Source: Macrostomum lignano
Taxonomy: Eukaryota
NCBI GenBank assembly: GCA_002269645.1
Contig: NIVC01001089.1
Coordinates: forward strand, 310,001 to 374,000
DNA: 64,000 nucleotides
Direction: 5' to 3'
Shown piece after piece: positions 12,686 through 26,110 of this stretch. The notes under the pieces are model-generated. The model saw only the letters and a program-made list of their open reading frames with translations. It was not told where the DNA came from and ran no database searches. Each line of letters starts with the position of its first letter. The first letter of the stretch is position 1. Made by a program: the position numbers and the translations under genes.

Positions 12686-13328
12686 TGGACCTTTCTCATG
12701 AGCATGAGTTGCAAAACCAAAAATCATAAGCAAAAATACACAAAAATTCAGTGTTCCAGCGCACTTGCTTTCCCAAAGCAGAAAAAGTGGAAATTGTTTG
12801 CCACTGGTCACGCCATTGCACTGGGAGAGAGAGAGTTGAGAAATCGAGACAAAAACAGTCTCGGCCTCCGCCAGACTTGCCCTATACACGCACAAACTCT
12901 ACAGTGACACAATACCATTGTAAACCCCTTCCCCGTTCTGTCTCTAATCCTAATAGAGAATTTGGGAATTAGTTCGGCTAATTCTATTCCAACCCCAAGT
13001 ATAATAAACTACGATCAATAGTCAGCGCAGCACGTGAGCAGGAGGTGAAACAGCGCAGCGGTAGGTCGATCGAGTTACTGTAGCGTGCTAAAATTTTGCA
13101 CTGAGAGTCGGCTTGTGAAAGTTTTCAACTGCGTTTATGGCTTATAGGTTTCTAAGGCTCCTTCTACCCATTGCTACACGTATGGTGAGCGTGCGGGTGA
13201 TTTCGTCATAAACATTCCAGGAATGTTTGTATACTTCTCCAAACGTATGAGATCACCCCGATCAAATCCAACTATATCTTTTAGCTTCCTATTTTGTTTA
13301 TTTCTGCAAAGTTCGTTTCACCATTCAC

Positions 13329-13665
13329 CAGGGATCAGCAAACCTTTTTTTACCTGAGGGGCTATATAGAGAAGGGGCCTGAGGAGGGGAGAGATGAGAG
13401 GGAATAAAGGAGAAGAGCGGAGACGAGAGAGGAGAGATGAAATAGAAGACGAAAGATGAGAGGAGAAAGGAGGAAGGAGGAAGAAGAGAGGATAGGAGAG
13501 GTGAGGAGAAAAGAGAGATACGAAATAATACAGAGAAAAGAGCACTGAAGAGAGATATAAAAATTGAGCGGATTGCTATTGAAAAGTTTCAAAGAACCCG
13601 GAGGGCCGGATAGAGAGGCTTTGCGGGCCTCATGTGGCCCGCGGGCCGGATTTAGCCGACTTGTG
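13329..13665. mobile_element. Degenerate hAT-type MITE with internal GA-rich expansion
   Basis: Left end CAGGGATCAGCAAACCTTTTTT; right end GCGGGCCTCATGTGGCCCGCGGGCCGGATTTAGCCGACTTGTG; flanks CCATTCAC / CCATAGAC match 6 of 8 (possible decayed TSD). Confidence 0.55.
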
Positions 13666-13724
13666 CCATAGACTAAGAACTAAAATCACCAGTTTGTCTG
13701 TGTGTACATTATCTCTGCCACGCC

Positions 13725-13980
13725 AGACTGCTGACTGCCTAATGGGCAGATGTGCAGCCGACAGCTCAGCTGCAGCTATTGCGCGGCGCATCTGAAGGCT
13801 GCGTACGGCTGTTCAAAGACTGGGGGATGGTCGTCGCTACAAACACCCTCAATTACCCCAGCTAACGCTGGCACCCATTTTACAGCTTGGTAACTGAGGC
13901 AAGGACACAAATAGTTCCGCGTGGGTCGACAATCGAACCCCAACCTTCCAGTCGTGAGTCCGACGCTTTAACCACTAAAA
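13725..13980 (-). mobile_element. tRNA-derived SINE, copy 1
   Basis: Minus strand has A-box-like AGTGGTTAAAGCG, B-box-like GGTTCGATT and body motif AGCTGTAAAATGGGTGCCAGC; homologous copy at 38355-38512. Confidence 0.6.
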
Positions 13981-14844
13981 CTAAAACCTCTTTCGACAGC
14001 TATGAAACTTTCCAATCGATTGTTTAATTACCCATGCTGACAGATAAACAGCAAAGACAGACTTCAGAAGGAGTCACACTTAATTCTAATCGAAAATCCT
14101 ACGATTTATTGCCGCATAAGAGTATACGCAATGTCATTCTGACTGACAGAGAAATTGCTTAAGCAATAATCCTCTTTGCTGTAGCTTTTACGATCTGGGT
14201 TCGAAATTTTGTCTATGTTGGCCACCCGAGAGGGGGCACATGATTGCTAGTCCTATATACTAAAGTGATTTGTTTTTATCCAGGTGGTCCAAGACTAAGC
14301 TCACGCATTAAGAAAACGCCAATTACGCTATATAGTACAGGTATGCAGACAGACACCGGCCAGTTAGGTACTGTGCCAATAATGCTACAAGCAGAGAAAC
14401 ACAGATAGGAGAAAAAAGTTTAGCAAGAGAAACTGATTGAGTAGTGAAAGAGGATCAGCAGAAGGATAGAGTAGGATCAGTAGGAGAGGCACGAAGGACA
14501 GCTGGCTACAGAAGGAAAAAACTTGCGTGCTTCGCAGACGCGCGAGTCGAGTGGAACTAAGTTCAGAAAAAGAGAACAGACTGGCGGGCAGAAACCGATA
14601 CAGAATTCTTGTCCCGAAATCTGAGCTCTGCTTTGCATCGGATGGATATAGATGGTTTATTCTAAGTTGCGATTTTTGTTTGTTTTGTTAGCCCATCAAA
14701 AAGTATCAAATGTCCAGGAAGTAAATGCGAGAGTAGGCAGGTGAATGATAGAGAAGTTGGAGAGATTTTGCAAGACAAGAATTTTTTAACCATTGGAAAT
14801 GTGACGATATGAGGCAATCATACGCGATGATTGAGGATAAATAG

Positions 14845-15278
14845 NNNNNNNNNNNNNNNNNNNNNNNNNNNNNNNNNNNNNNNNNNNNNNNNNNNNNNNN
14901 NNNNNNNNNNNNNNNNNNNNNNNNNNNNNNNNNNNNNNNNNNNNNNNNNNNNNNNNNNNNNNNNNNNNNNNNNNNNNNNNNNNNNNNNNNNNNNNNNNNN
15001 NNNNNNNNNNNNNNNNNNNNNNNNNNNNNNNNNNNNNNNNNNNNNNNNNNNNNNNNNNNNNNNNNNNNNNNNNNNNNNNNNNNNNNNNNNNNNNNNNNNN
15101 NNNNNNNNNNNNNNNNNNNNNNNNNNNNNNNNNNNNNNNNNNNNNNNNNNNNNNNNNNNNNNNNNNNNNNNNNNNNNNNNNNNNNNNNNNNNNNNNNNNN
15201 NNNNNNNNNNNNNNNNNNNNNNNNNNNNNNNNNNNNNNNNNNNNNNNNNNNNNNNNNNNNNNNNNNNNNNNNNNNNNN
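14845..15278. other. Assembly gap (434 N)
   Basis: Run of n. Confidence 1.
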
Positions 15279-15330
15279 TTTTAGGATACGGAAGCTCGAG
15301 GATTAGGAAGATCAGGTAAAGTGAATTTAC

Positions 15331-15689
15331 CTGAAGTCATTAATCCAGGATTAAGACACGCACCTACGGGAGGAGGTCAAAGGCAAAAAAGAAGAGGGCA
15401 GGTGAGATACCGCTGCCAGAGCTGAAGACAAAAAAAAAGACAGAGGAGACTTAAAAGCAGAAGGCAATCCAGAGAGGCTAAAAAACGAATTAGGAAGGGA
15501 AGGAAAGGGAGAGTCAGACTGAGCGATCGAGATTGAGAAATGATATGCAAATGAGGAGTTGGAAAGGGCTGATCTAAAGCAGATGCTTATTAAAGCTGCC
15601 TTAGAGATACTGGCGCAGGATGCAGGAAAGCCACAGTTACAGGGTAAAATATCTCTGCTTAGCGACTAACTAACTAACTAACTAACTAG

Positions 15690-15745
<56 letters not shown>

Positions 15746-15767
15746 TTAACCAACTAACTAACTAACC

Positions 15768-15810
<43 letters not shown>

Positions 15811-15816
15811 CAACTG

Positions 15817-15885
<69 letters not shown>

Positions 15886-15891
15886 TTAACC

Positions 15892-15925
<34 letters not shown>

Positions 15926-16084
15926 TTAACCAACTAACTAACTAACCAACTAACTAACTAACTAACTAATTAACTCACTAACTAACTAACTAATTAACTA
16001 ACTAACTAACTAACTAACTAATTAACTAACTAACTAACTAATTAGTTAAATAACTAATTAACTAATTAACTAACTAACCAACTG

Positions 16085-16117
<33 letters not shown>

Positions 16118-16458
16118 TTAGTTAAATAACTAATTAACTAACAGACTTACTAACAGACTAACTAATTAACTAATTAAATAACTAACAGACTAACTAACAG
16201 ACTAACTAACTAACTAAAAACAAGAGCCGTGGGAGAAGACTCACCAGGAGCTGCATCGGCCGATGCGGCAAAAGATGGAAGCTGTTGGGTGTCCATCAAA
16301 TCGACGAATGCATCCCGCAGATCTTCTAGCTGAGTAGAGCATTTAATTAGCCGGGCTACCTGTTCCGAGAGCTCGACGAGATCGGATAGCAGCTGCTCCT
16401 CGGCAGCGCAGGACTCAGTGCTGGCAGTCTGGAAGTCTGGCATGCTAGAGGCGGAAGT
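15331..16458 (-). CDS. Two exons of an unidentified gene with an acidic helical segment; probably continues into the gap
   Basis: Exon 16458-16245 (acceptor cttcccacAG, open frame with ATG at 16443, donor GTGAGT, phase 1) and 33-nt exon 15363-15331 (long polypyrimidine tract, GACLNPGLMTS, donor GTAAAT) are phase-compatible. Confidence 0.4.
15665..16216. repeat. (CTAA)n microsatellite, reverse complement of the array at 1-700
   Basis: Continuous actaactaac. Confidence 0.97.
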
Positions 16459-17484
16459 CTGTGGGAAGAGTTTTGATGAGAGATAACAAAACTGATTAAT
16501 TAGCTGTTTTTTAATTCAGCAGCGAAATGCAGCTTGGAACGGGGATTTGTACCTGTTTGGTAGACTTCGGAAATTAATATTGATGGGGCGAGGGCTCAAT
16601 TTAAAATTGACTTAGACACCAACTAAAGCTAGAGCCATCTCCGTATCTGTCTGTTTGTCTGTCTTAGTGTCTGTCTGTCTGTCTGTCTTTCTGTCTGTGT
16701 CTGTCTTTCTGTCTGTTTGTCTGTTTTTCGGTCTATTTGACCAGCCTCCTGTCTATCTGTCAGCAGGTGTCCGCATACCTGCCTGACTGTATGCAAAGCT
16801 AAATTTGATCAATCTACTTATTTATCCACAAGTTTTTCTGTCAGCAGCTTACCTGTCTGTCTGCCAGTATTCACTCTCACAGCTACCCGGTTCCAAGCAA
16901 GCAAGCGTTAAACTTAGCCAACTATAAGCAGCTAATCCCAGCGCCAAGAGAGGCATAACATAACGGCAGGGAACGGGGAAGAGGGATATCTGGGACAGAG
17001 GGGACAACTGTGAGAGCGCCGTGGTTGGCCAGTTTCTCACAGGGACAGCCAGAAGGCTGTACAATGACCCAGCCGCGAAGGACAAAGTTCGCTAGCTGAA
17101 AGGCATAAAATATTTCAGCACCCCTGTGCGTGTCTGCAGTCGCCTATCATGAATAATAGCATTAGGCTCGGCCGGAGCACAGCTTAAACCTATTATCGAA
17201 ATAATAATTGGCTTGCATTACTGCAAAATTTGCCCAAAATTTCAATTCTATACGCAACGCTTTGCACGCGATAGAAAAATTATTCTTTTTTCTATTTCGA
17301 TGAAGAACTTTCGTTGCCGAGGCGAGGCGGGAAGTTTTTGACAAGCAGTAAATGCTGAACTCACTTCCCAAGTTAATTTATCACTCATCAGGAGCTGACT
17401 GCCTGGGGTAGGGTTCTGGTGAAACACAAAACATGCTTGTGTACTTTGTTAACACTGAAGCTCGTTGCAGAGTGCGGAACACTC

Positions 17485-17940
17485 CCATATCTCATCTCTC
17501 CTATCTCACTATCTATTTCACTCTCCCATATCTCTATTCATCTCACCCACTCATATCTCATCTCCCCAATCTCTCTATCCATCTCACTCTCTCATGTCCC
17601 TAATCTCTCTATCCATCTCTCTCCTATATCTCATCTCCCCAATCTCTCTATCCATCTCACTCTCCCATCTCTTATCTCCCCAATCTCTCTATCCATCTCA
17701 CTCTCCCATCTCTTATCTCCCCAATCTCTCTATCCATCTCACTCTTCCCTCTCTCATCTCCCAATCTCTCTATCCATCTCACTCTCCCCTCTCTCATCTC
17801 CGCAATCTCTCTATCCATCTCACTCTCTCATGTCCCCAATCTCTCTATCCATCTCTCTCCTATATCTCATCTCCCCAATCTCTCTATCCATCTCACTCTC
17901 CCATCTCTCATCTCCCCATCTTTCTATCTATTTCACTCTC
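17485..17940. repeat. About 41-bp pyrimidine-rich minisatellite
   Basis: Recurring ccccaatctctctatccatctcactctcccatctc. Confidence 0.9.
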
Positions 17941-18171
17941 ATTTCAATTTGGATGACCAAGTAAATCTCTCCGCTAATACAACCTAATCTAATTTTCTAT
18001 ACAGGCCATCGTGTCCATCGCTTGTCTCCAAGCATATTGCATGCATCCTGACTTTCATGCATTAAGCATCAACACCTAATCAGTGACCCTAACACAGTAT
18101 TGAATTCAAAACACTGGCTTATGCGTGGGTTACTATCACAGTAAGTGAGCATGAAAGACAAGTGTGTTTTG

Positions 18172-18226
<55 letters not shown>

Positions 18227-18624
18227 AGCACCGGGCCCTAGGCAACGAATCGCATGGATGAGTTTTCATTATGGATGACTATAACTAGCACAGTGATTAG
18301 CAATATGATTGATGGAACCCGGCTTCACACAGGCCGCACAAGCACCAAAGACACACAAGCCAAATGGAACTGCTCTAGCCTAGCTATAAGATAGAGAGAG
18401 AGATGGATTGAGAGACAGACAGTCTGCAATCTTTATGGGGTACAGAATTCTGTTTATGGGGAGGAGTGCCGGAAGAAGTTCGCACTTTAAACTCAAACAG
18501 CAGAATTCCTCAATAGCTAATTGGCCAAGGCAGTCTTTATTCAACTTTACTGTGCTAAAATGCGAATAAATAAAAGTTTAATCAACTTGGGCTTCTGCTA
18601 TTGCACGCTTCTAATGGTACGTGC

Positions 18625-19135
18625 TTTTCCCGGTGTGCGCTTATGCTAATGCGCGCTTGTCCGAGTGCGCGCTTATGCTAATGCGCGCTTTTCCAGTGCG
18701 CGCTTATGCCATTGCGCGCTTGTCCCAGTGCGCGCTTGTCCTAGTGCGCGCTTATGCCAATGCGCGCTTGTCCTAGTGCGCGCTTATGCTAATGCGCGCT
18801 TGTCCTAGTGCGCGCTTATGCCAATGTGCGCTTGTCCTAGTGCGCGCTTATGCTAATGCGCGCTTGTCCGAGTGCGCGCTTATGCTAATGCGCGCTTGTC
18901 CTAGTGCGCGCTTGTGCCATCGCGCGCTTGTCCGAGTGCGCGCTTATGCCATTGCGCGCTTGTCCCAGTGCGCGCTTATGCCATTGCGCGCTTGTCCCAG
19001 TGCGCGCTTATGCCATTGCGCGCTTGTCCCAGTGCGCGCTTATGCCATTGCGCGCTTGTCCCAGTGCGCGCTTATGCCGATGCGCGCTTCTGATGGTGCG
19101 CATTTCTAAAAGTGCGCTTGTCCCAGTGCGCGCTT
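18625..19135. repeat. CpG-rich array of alternating 16-mers (TGCGCGCTTGTCCCAG / TGCGCGCTTATGCCAT)
   Basis: GCGCGC recurs every 16 bp. Confidence 0.92.
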
Positions 19136-19739
19136 ACGGTACTCTGTGCCTGCGCATTGAAGCCAGCAAGTTTTTTGCAACAAAATGTACAATAGTAGAG
19201 TTCAGAGCACTGCATGCAAATGCAACGCACTCTTGATGGATTGATTTCAAGACAGACCGATAAACATGAGATCAAGCCTGTCTGTAATTCACACAGAATC
19301 CATGACTTGTCTTCTGTGTCAAACGAAAATTCTGTTTGTGTAAAGCCTAACCAACGATTCTGTACATGCCGAGCAGGGACTTCTATCATCTTTCTCTGTG
19401 CACCATTTTATCAAGCTAGTCAATACCCAAATCCTATTTATCCGATAGCAAAAGCACTGATTGATTGTCGTGATTCTTTTTATAATAAACATTCTATGAT
19501 TTCAGACATTTATTGCTTATGTTGTCGCGAGTGCAATAGCTTGTACCGGACTTAGCTCGTATTGCGACAATAATACCGATTATATATATAATGACAAGCA
19601 CCTATTGGCTGTAACATCGTCTTCTTACGCTCGTAACGTAACGCGTCTTTTCTGTTGTCTGGACAGGACAAGCCTTCCTGATCCTTTTCTGTGTAGGTAC
19701 TTGTCCTTCTACGGTATTCCATTTTCTATTGCCCACTCT

Positions 19740-20905
19740 ACTGTCTACCCTATCTCTCCTCTATCTCTAATGCTTACTCTATCTCCATCTATCTCTAATG
19801 CTTACCCTATCTCCCTCTATCTCTAATATCTACCCTATCTCCCTCTATCTCTAATATCTACCCTATCTCCATCTATCTCTAATGTCTACCCTATCTCCCT
19901 CTATCTCTAATGTCTACCCTATCTCCATCTATCTCTAATGTCTACCCTATCTCCCTCTATCTCTAATATCTACCCTATCTCCCTCTATCTCTAATGTCTA
20001 CCCTATCTCCCTCTATCTCTAATATCTACCCTATCTCCCTCTATCTCTAATGTCTACCCTATCTCCCTCTATCTCTAATGTCTACCCTATCTCCATCTAT
20101 CTCTAATGTCTACCCTATCTCCCTCTATCTCTAATATCTACCCTATCTCCCTCTATCTCTAATGTCTACCCTACCTCCCTCTATCTCTAGTGTCTACCCT
20201 ACCTCCCTCTATCTCTAATGTCTACCCTATCTTCCTCTATCTCTAATGTCTACCCTACCTCCCTCTATCTCTAATGTCTACCCTATCTCCCTCTATCTCT
20301 AATGTCTACCCTATCTTCCTCTATCTCTAATGTCTACCCTATCTCCCTCTATCTCTAATGTCTACCCTATCTCCATCTATCTCTAATGTCTACTCTATCT
20401 CCCTCTATCTCTAATGTCTACCCTATCTCCATCTATCTCTAATGTCTACCCTATCTTCCCTCTATCTCTAATGCCTACCCTATCTCCCTCTATCTCTAAT
20501 GTCTACTCTATCTCCCTCTATCTCTAATGTCTACCCTATCTCCCTCTATCTCTAATGTCTACCCTATCTTCCCTCTATCTCTTATGCCTACCCTATCTCC
20601 CTCTATCTCTAATGTCTACTCTATCTCCCTCTATCTCTAATGTCTACCCTATCTCCCTGTATCTCTAATGTCTACTCTATCTCCCTCTATCTCTAATGTC
20701 TACCCTATCTCCCTCTATCTCTAATGTTTACTCTATCTCCATCTATCTCTAATGCCTACCCTATCTCCCTCTATCTCTAATGTCTACTCTATCTCCCTCT
20801 ATCTCTAATGCCTACCCTATCTCCCTTTCTCTCTAATGTCTACTCTATCTCCCTCTATCTCTAATGTCTACCCTATCTCCCTCTATCTCTAATGTCTACC
20901 CTTTC
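19740..20905. repeat. 28-bp minisatellite CTACCCTATCTCCCTCTATCTCTAATGT
   Basis: Long homogeneous tandem array. Confidence 0.95.
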
Positions 20906-21659
20906 TCGCCCATCTCTCCTTTTTTCCTCCAACTTTAAGCCAAGACACACAAACAGGTTATTAACTATCCTTATATAGAACTAGAAACGTCAGGTGCAAA
21001 TGCGTTTGTGTGTCTGTGTCAAAAATTCACAGCCCAACTCAATCTTCTAGCCCAACTCGAACAACTTAATCTCCTATTCTGGATTCTCATCCGAGATCTG
21101 GGAATTCCAGACTAAGGCCCGGCAGTCAGATAGGCAACTATTAGGCAAATAAAAATGCGAGCATGCACATGTATCCCAGAGAGAAATCTGTGACACAATT
21201 TTATTATTATTAAACCTGGCCAGAGTGCTAATCAAATAATTCAAAGCCTGTTTGCGCTCAAACAGAATAGCTTTATTACAGGAGCTGGCCAGATGCGCAC
21301 ACTTCTCTGTAATAAATTAATCCGATCATGCCAGACTTAGACAAGGAGGGAGAGGAAGCGCAGAGGGAGGGGGGATGCCGGATTGTTATTTGCTTTAATT
21401 AAGGTGCCACGTCAGACCAGCTGCTTATCCGACTCTTGTAAAATGAGTGGCTGAGGCCAAAGCGACCAGCTTCCGCCACGCAGACAGACAGGGGGCAGGA
21501 GAGACTGCAGAGATGCAGGGAGCGGGATGAGGCCGCTCGGGTGCTAAAACATGTACAGGGCGGCAGTGAGGGAGGGGAGTGACTGGGATCAGGACAGAGT
21601 GGCAGATAGACGGGGAAAGTGGGAGATGTGAGAGGGGCAGTGTGAGAATGATTTTTTTG

Positions 21660-21675
21660 ACACAGACAGACAGTC

Positions 21676-21743
<68 letters not shown>

Positions 21744-21751
21744 GGACAGTC

Positions 21752-21786
<35 letters not shown>

Positions 21787-21870
21787 GAGACAGACAGAGA
21801 GACAGACAGAGAGACAGACAGACAGACAGAGAGACAGACAGACAGACAGAGAGACAAACACATAAGACAG
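21660..21870. repeat. (GACA)n microsatellite
   Basis: gacagacaga run. Confidence 0.95.
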
Positions 21871-22329
21871 ACAGAAGCAGAAAAAAAATAAATGTAAGGT
21901 AAGGGAAGGTTCTATTATGAATAAATTATAGCATACCTACGAATTCATACTAGCCGAAGTCATATGGGCTCGAGCTTGGCTAAAGAGCAGCAGTTCTAAG
22001 AAAACATTTGGCCAAATACGCAAATCAAATCGAAGATGGAAGGGACAGAGGGGCTCTGAGACAGCAGAAGTCAGCCTGTCTCTAATGGACCGCAGCCGGG
22101 CTAGAAAATTGGCCCAACAAATCCGGGGAAAAATTCGATTGAATCGACAATTGGAGCACACAGTGGCTTCTCAGAGCTTGATTTGCGCTGCCGGAGCATT
22201 TGCCGGTAATGCTGACTAGCCATGCCTGCCACTGTTCGCGTTGCAGCTGCATGCTGTGCTTAGAATTAGATGCTGCACCGGCTGGTAGTTTATTGCACTG
22301 CTGGAAATCCTCATGACCCTATTCACTCT

Positions 22330-23110
22330 TCTCCTTTCTACCCTCCCTTCCCCTATGTACCCTCACTTCCATTCTCTACCGACTCTTCTCTCTACCCACT
22401 CTTCCCCTCTCTACCCACTCAACCCTCTCTATCCACTCTTTCCCTCTCTACCCACCCCTCCCCCTCTCTACCTACTCAACCCTCTCTATCCACTCTTTCC
22501 CTCTCTACCTACTCAACCCTCTCTATCCACTCTTTCCCTCTCTACCCACCCCTCCCCCTCTCTACCCACTCAACCCTCTCTATCCACTCTTTCCCTCTCT
22601 ACCCACCCCTCCCCCTCTCTACCCACTCAACCCTCTCTATCCACTCTTTCCCTCTCTACCCACCCCTCCCCCTCTCTACCCACTCAACCCTCTCTATCCA
22701 CTCTTTCCCTCTCTACCCACCCCTCCCCCTCTCTACCCACTCAACCCTCTCTATCCACTCTTTCCCTCTCTACCCACCCCTCCCCCTCTCTACCCACTCA
22801 ACCCTCTCTATCCACTCTTACCCTCTCTACCCACCCCTCCCCCTCTCTACCTACTCAACCCTCTCTATCCACTCTTACCCTCTCTACCCACCCCTCCCCC
22901 TCTCTACCCACTCAACCCTCTCTATCCACTCTTACCCTCTCTACCCACCCCTCCCCCTCTCTACCTACTCAACCCTCTCTATCCACTCTTACCCTCTCTA
23001 CCCACCCCTCCCCCTCTCTACCTACTCAACCCTCTCTACCCACTCTTCCACTCTCTACCCCTCTTCCCTCCTCAAACCCCTCTTCTTCTCTTTACCCACT
23101 CTTCACCTCT
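22330..23110. repeat. 57-bp pyrimidine-rich minisatellite
   Basis: 19-codon periodicity in the spurious ORFs. Confidence 0.93.
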
Positions 23111-23574
23111 CTACCCACTTGTTTTCTTGAATTCCCCTTCCGCGTCTTAGCTATGACCGTCCACATGTCTATTCGCAGAAATAACGTCCCTAGTACTCGT
23201 AAAACTCCGACAGCCGAAATTCCACTCTGTCTGAAAGCTTCCTAAAGACGGACAGATGGGAATGAATGGCAGCTGGTCACATCGATGGAGGGAGGTTAGC
23301 GAGTCCAAGCTAACAGACAGAAATACATGTACATAGATTTAGCCTATTGTAAGGAATTATCTAGATTTTGGCGAGCTGCCACTCCATTTCTAACTTTGAC
23401 AAAATCGCTGCTAGTCTTCGTACTTACTTTGTACTTCCCACCTTTATGAGCGTAAATACATTGGACCTCCACCCCTAAGACCGCAGTCACTAAATATCAC
23501 ACCTTTGTCAGCCTGTCCGTACAATGCGAATCTCACAATCTACTTTTCTAGCTTGATTAAATCTTACATCTTAG

Positions 23575-24322
23575 GAATCTCATATCCTCCGAATCTCTAA
23601 CCCTCCGTATCTCTAACCCTCCGAATCTCTCACCCTCCGAATCTCTAACCCTCCAAATCTCTAACCCTCTGTATCTCTAACCCCGAATCTCTAACCCTCC
23701 GTATCTCAAACCCTCCGAATCTCTAACCCTCCAAATCTCTAACCCTCCGTATCTCAAACCCTCCGAATCTCTCACCCTCCGAATCTCTAACCCTCCAAAT
23801 CCCTAACCCTCCGAATCTCACATCCTCCGAATCTCACCCTCCGAATTTCTAACCCCCGAATCTCACCCTCCGAATCTCACACCCTCCGAATCTCTAACCC
23901 CCGAATGTCACCCTCCGAATCTCTGACCCTCCGAATCTCTAACCCCCGAATCTCACCCTTCGAATCTCATTCATCCTCCGAATCTCACCCTTCGAATCTC
24001 ACCCTTTGAATCTCACCCTTCGAATCTCTCGGCCTCCGAATCTCTCGGCCTCCGAATCTCTCGGCCTCCGAATCTCACTCTTCAAATCTCACTCTCCGAA
24101 TCTCACCCTCCGAATCTCACCCTTCGAATCTCTCGGCCTCCGAATCTCTCGGCCTCCGAATCTCTCACCCTCCGAATCTCAACCTTCGAATCTCACCCTC
24201 CGAATCTCACTGTCCGAATCTCACTCTCCGAATCTCACTGTCCGAGTCTCACCCTTTGAATCTCACCCTCCGAATCTCACCCTTCGAATCTCACCCTTTG
24301 AATCTCACACCCTCCGAATCTG
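23575..24322. repeat. Degenerate 15-17-bp array (CCCTCCGAATCTC core)
   Basis: Recurring ccgaatctc. Confidence 0.9.
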
Positions 24323-24717
24323 AATCCGAACCTGTCTCTCCCTCTCTCTTCGTCTCCCTCCAAACACCTCGCGCTTTTCTTGCCATCTTTCCGACCTAAT
24401 TTTTTTCCTGCGCGTCACTTCTATCTTCATCATTAGTCTAAACTTACAGACTTTTTAAATGTCCCTCTCTCATATTCTGGAAAAGCAGGCATATATTACT
24501 AAGTGAAAAATCGATACCGCACTTAACCGACCACTCAAGATTTTCAATCGAGCCTGTCCCGTCTTCACTGCAATTAGGCAGCTCACAGGCCATCCTTGGA
24601 ATTCGGAACTTGAGTAGGGTAAATATTATATTACTAAACAGTATAATTTTTAATGATTCTATTCTTTATGAATTCCATTGGAGAGATGACGCGTCCCTTG
24701 CCATCAAAGTCTTACAG

Positions 24718-24814
24718 GATCGTCAAGAAGAGACAGTGAGGTCGAACTCCTATTTAAATTATCGGAGGGTCCACATGAAGAAGTTTTAGCGCTTGTAGGA
24801 GGCAGAAAAACTAC
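24718..24814 (+). CDS. Possible isolated coding exon, unassigned
   Basis: Acceptor cttacAG, open frame SSRRDSEVELLFKLSEGPHEEVLALVGGRKT, donor GTAAGG; no partner exons found. Confidence 0.2.
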
Positions 24815-25280
24815 GTAAGGGCGATTCTGGATGAGTAAGGGCGCTTCTGGATGAGTAAGGGCGATTCTGGATGAGTAAGGGCGATTCTGGATGAGTAAGG
24901 GCGATTCTGGATGAGTAAGGGCGATTCTGGATGAGTTAAGGGCAATTCCGGATGAGTAAGGGCGATTCTGAATGAGTAGGAGCAATTCTGGATGAGTAAG
25001 GGCGATTCTGAATGAGTAAGGGCGATTCTGAATGAGTAAGGGCGATTCTGGATGAGTTAAGGGCAATTCCGGATGAGTAAGGGCGATTCTGAATGAGTAG
25101 GAGCAATTCTGGATGAGTAAGGGCGATTCTGAATGAGTAAGGGTGATTCTGGATGAGTAAGGGCGATTCTGGATGAGTAAGGGTGATTCTGAATGAGTAA
25201 GGGCGATTCTGGATGAGTAAGGGCGATTCTGGATGAGTAAGGGTGATTCTGGATGAGTAAGGGCGATTCTGGATGAGTAA
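24815..25280. repeat. 20-bp minisatellite GTAAGGGCGATTCTGGATGA
   Basis: 20-nt periodicity. Confidence 0.95.
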
Positions 25281-25699
25281 AGGCGATCCTTTGGTGGTAA
25301 AAATACTAATTACACTAATTTTTGAAGGGTTGAGAGCCATTTTCAAAACTATTTTTTCATCATTTGTTTGTTTTAGTGTAATTCAATTCAGTAAGTCTGA
25401 ATTTTAGGCTACACCCATCACAAATATTTACAATTCAATTGAACAGAAAATGCCATTGAAAGATAAGAGGCCAGTTTATCCTAACTTCTGCAACTTCTGT
25501 TATACTATAATGCATCCGTTATGGGCCAAAAAGTCTGCACTAATTGATTAAATCTGTCAATCACGATTGCCTTTTTTACGTTTATACAATACTGTCCCAC
25601 ATATATCATTATGAAGTTGTAGTGGCCGTATAAGACTGTTAGTGAAATGCAGGTAGAAGCACACACAGTTTGCTGGGGGAGTGGGTAGATACCAAGTCT

Positions 25700-26110
25700 A
25701 CCTGCTTAGTAAGGGTAGAAATTTACTGTTTTATTGGGGTAGAAGTCTACCGATTTACTGGGGGTAGAAGCCTACCAGTTTACTGAGGGTAGAAGTCTAC
25801 CGATTTACTGGGGGTAGAAGCCTACCAGTTTACTGAGGGTAGAAGTCTACCGATTTACTAGGGGTAGAAGTCTAGTGGATCATTAGGGGGGGGGGGGTAG
25901 AAGTCTACCGATTTACTGGAGTTGACTGAGAATAGAAGTCTACCAGTTTACTGGGGGTAGAAGTCTACCGATTTACTAGGGGTAGAAGTCTAGTGGATCA
26001 TTAGGGGGGGGGGGGGGGTAGAAGTCTACCGATTTACTGGAGTTGACTGAGAATAGAAGTCTACCAGTTTACTGGGGGTAGAAGTCTAGTGATTTATTGG
26101 GGGTCAAAAT
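25700..26110. repeat. About 25-bp array GGGGGTAGAAGTCTACC(A)G(A)TTTACT with a duplicated internal block
   Basis: Recurring gtagaagtctacc; block ending in a G-run occurs twice (about 25860-26090). Confidence 0.85.

Noticed and set aside
10540-12907. 729- and 720-aa Cys/Ser-rich ORFs
   Set aside because: Products of the 28/31-bp array; peptide motif shifts frame continually
14831-15319. 162-aa ORF
   Set aside because: Spans the N gap
19214-19555. SWIM-like C-x-C of a MULE transposase
   Set aside because: Only CTC is present; the C-x-H half and other transposase motifs are missing
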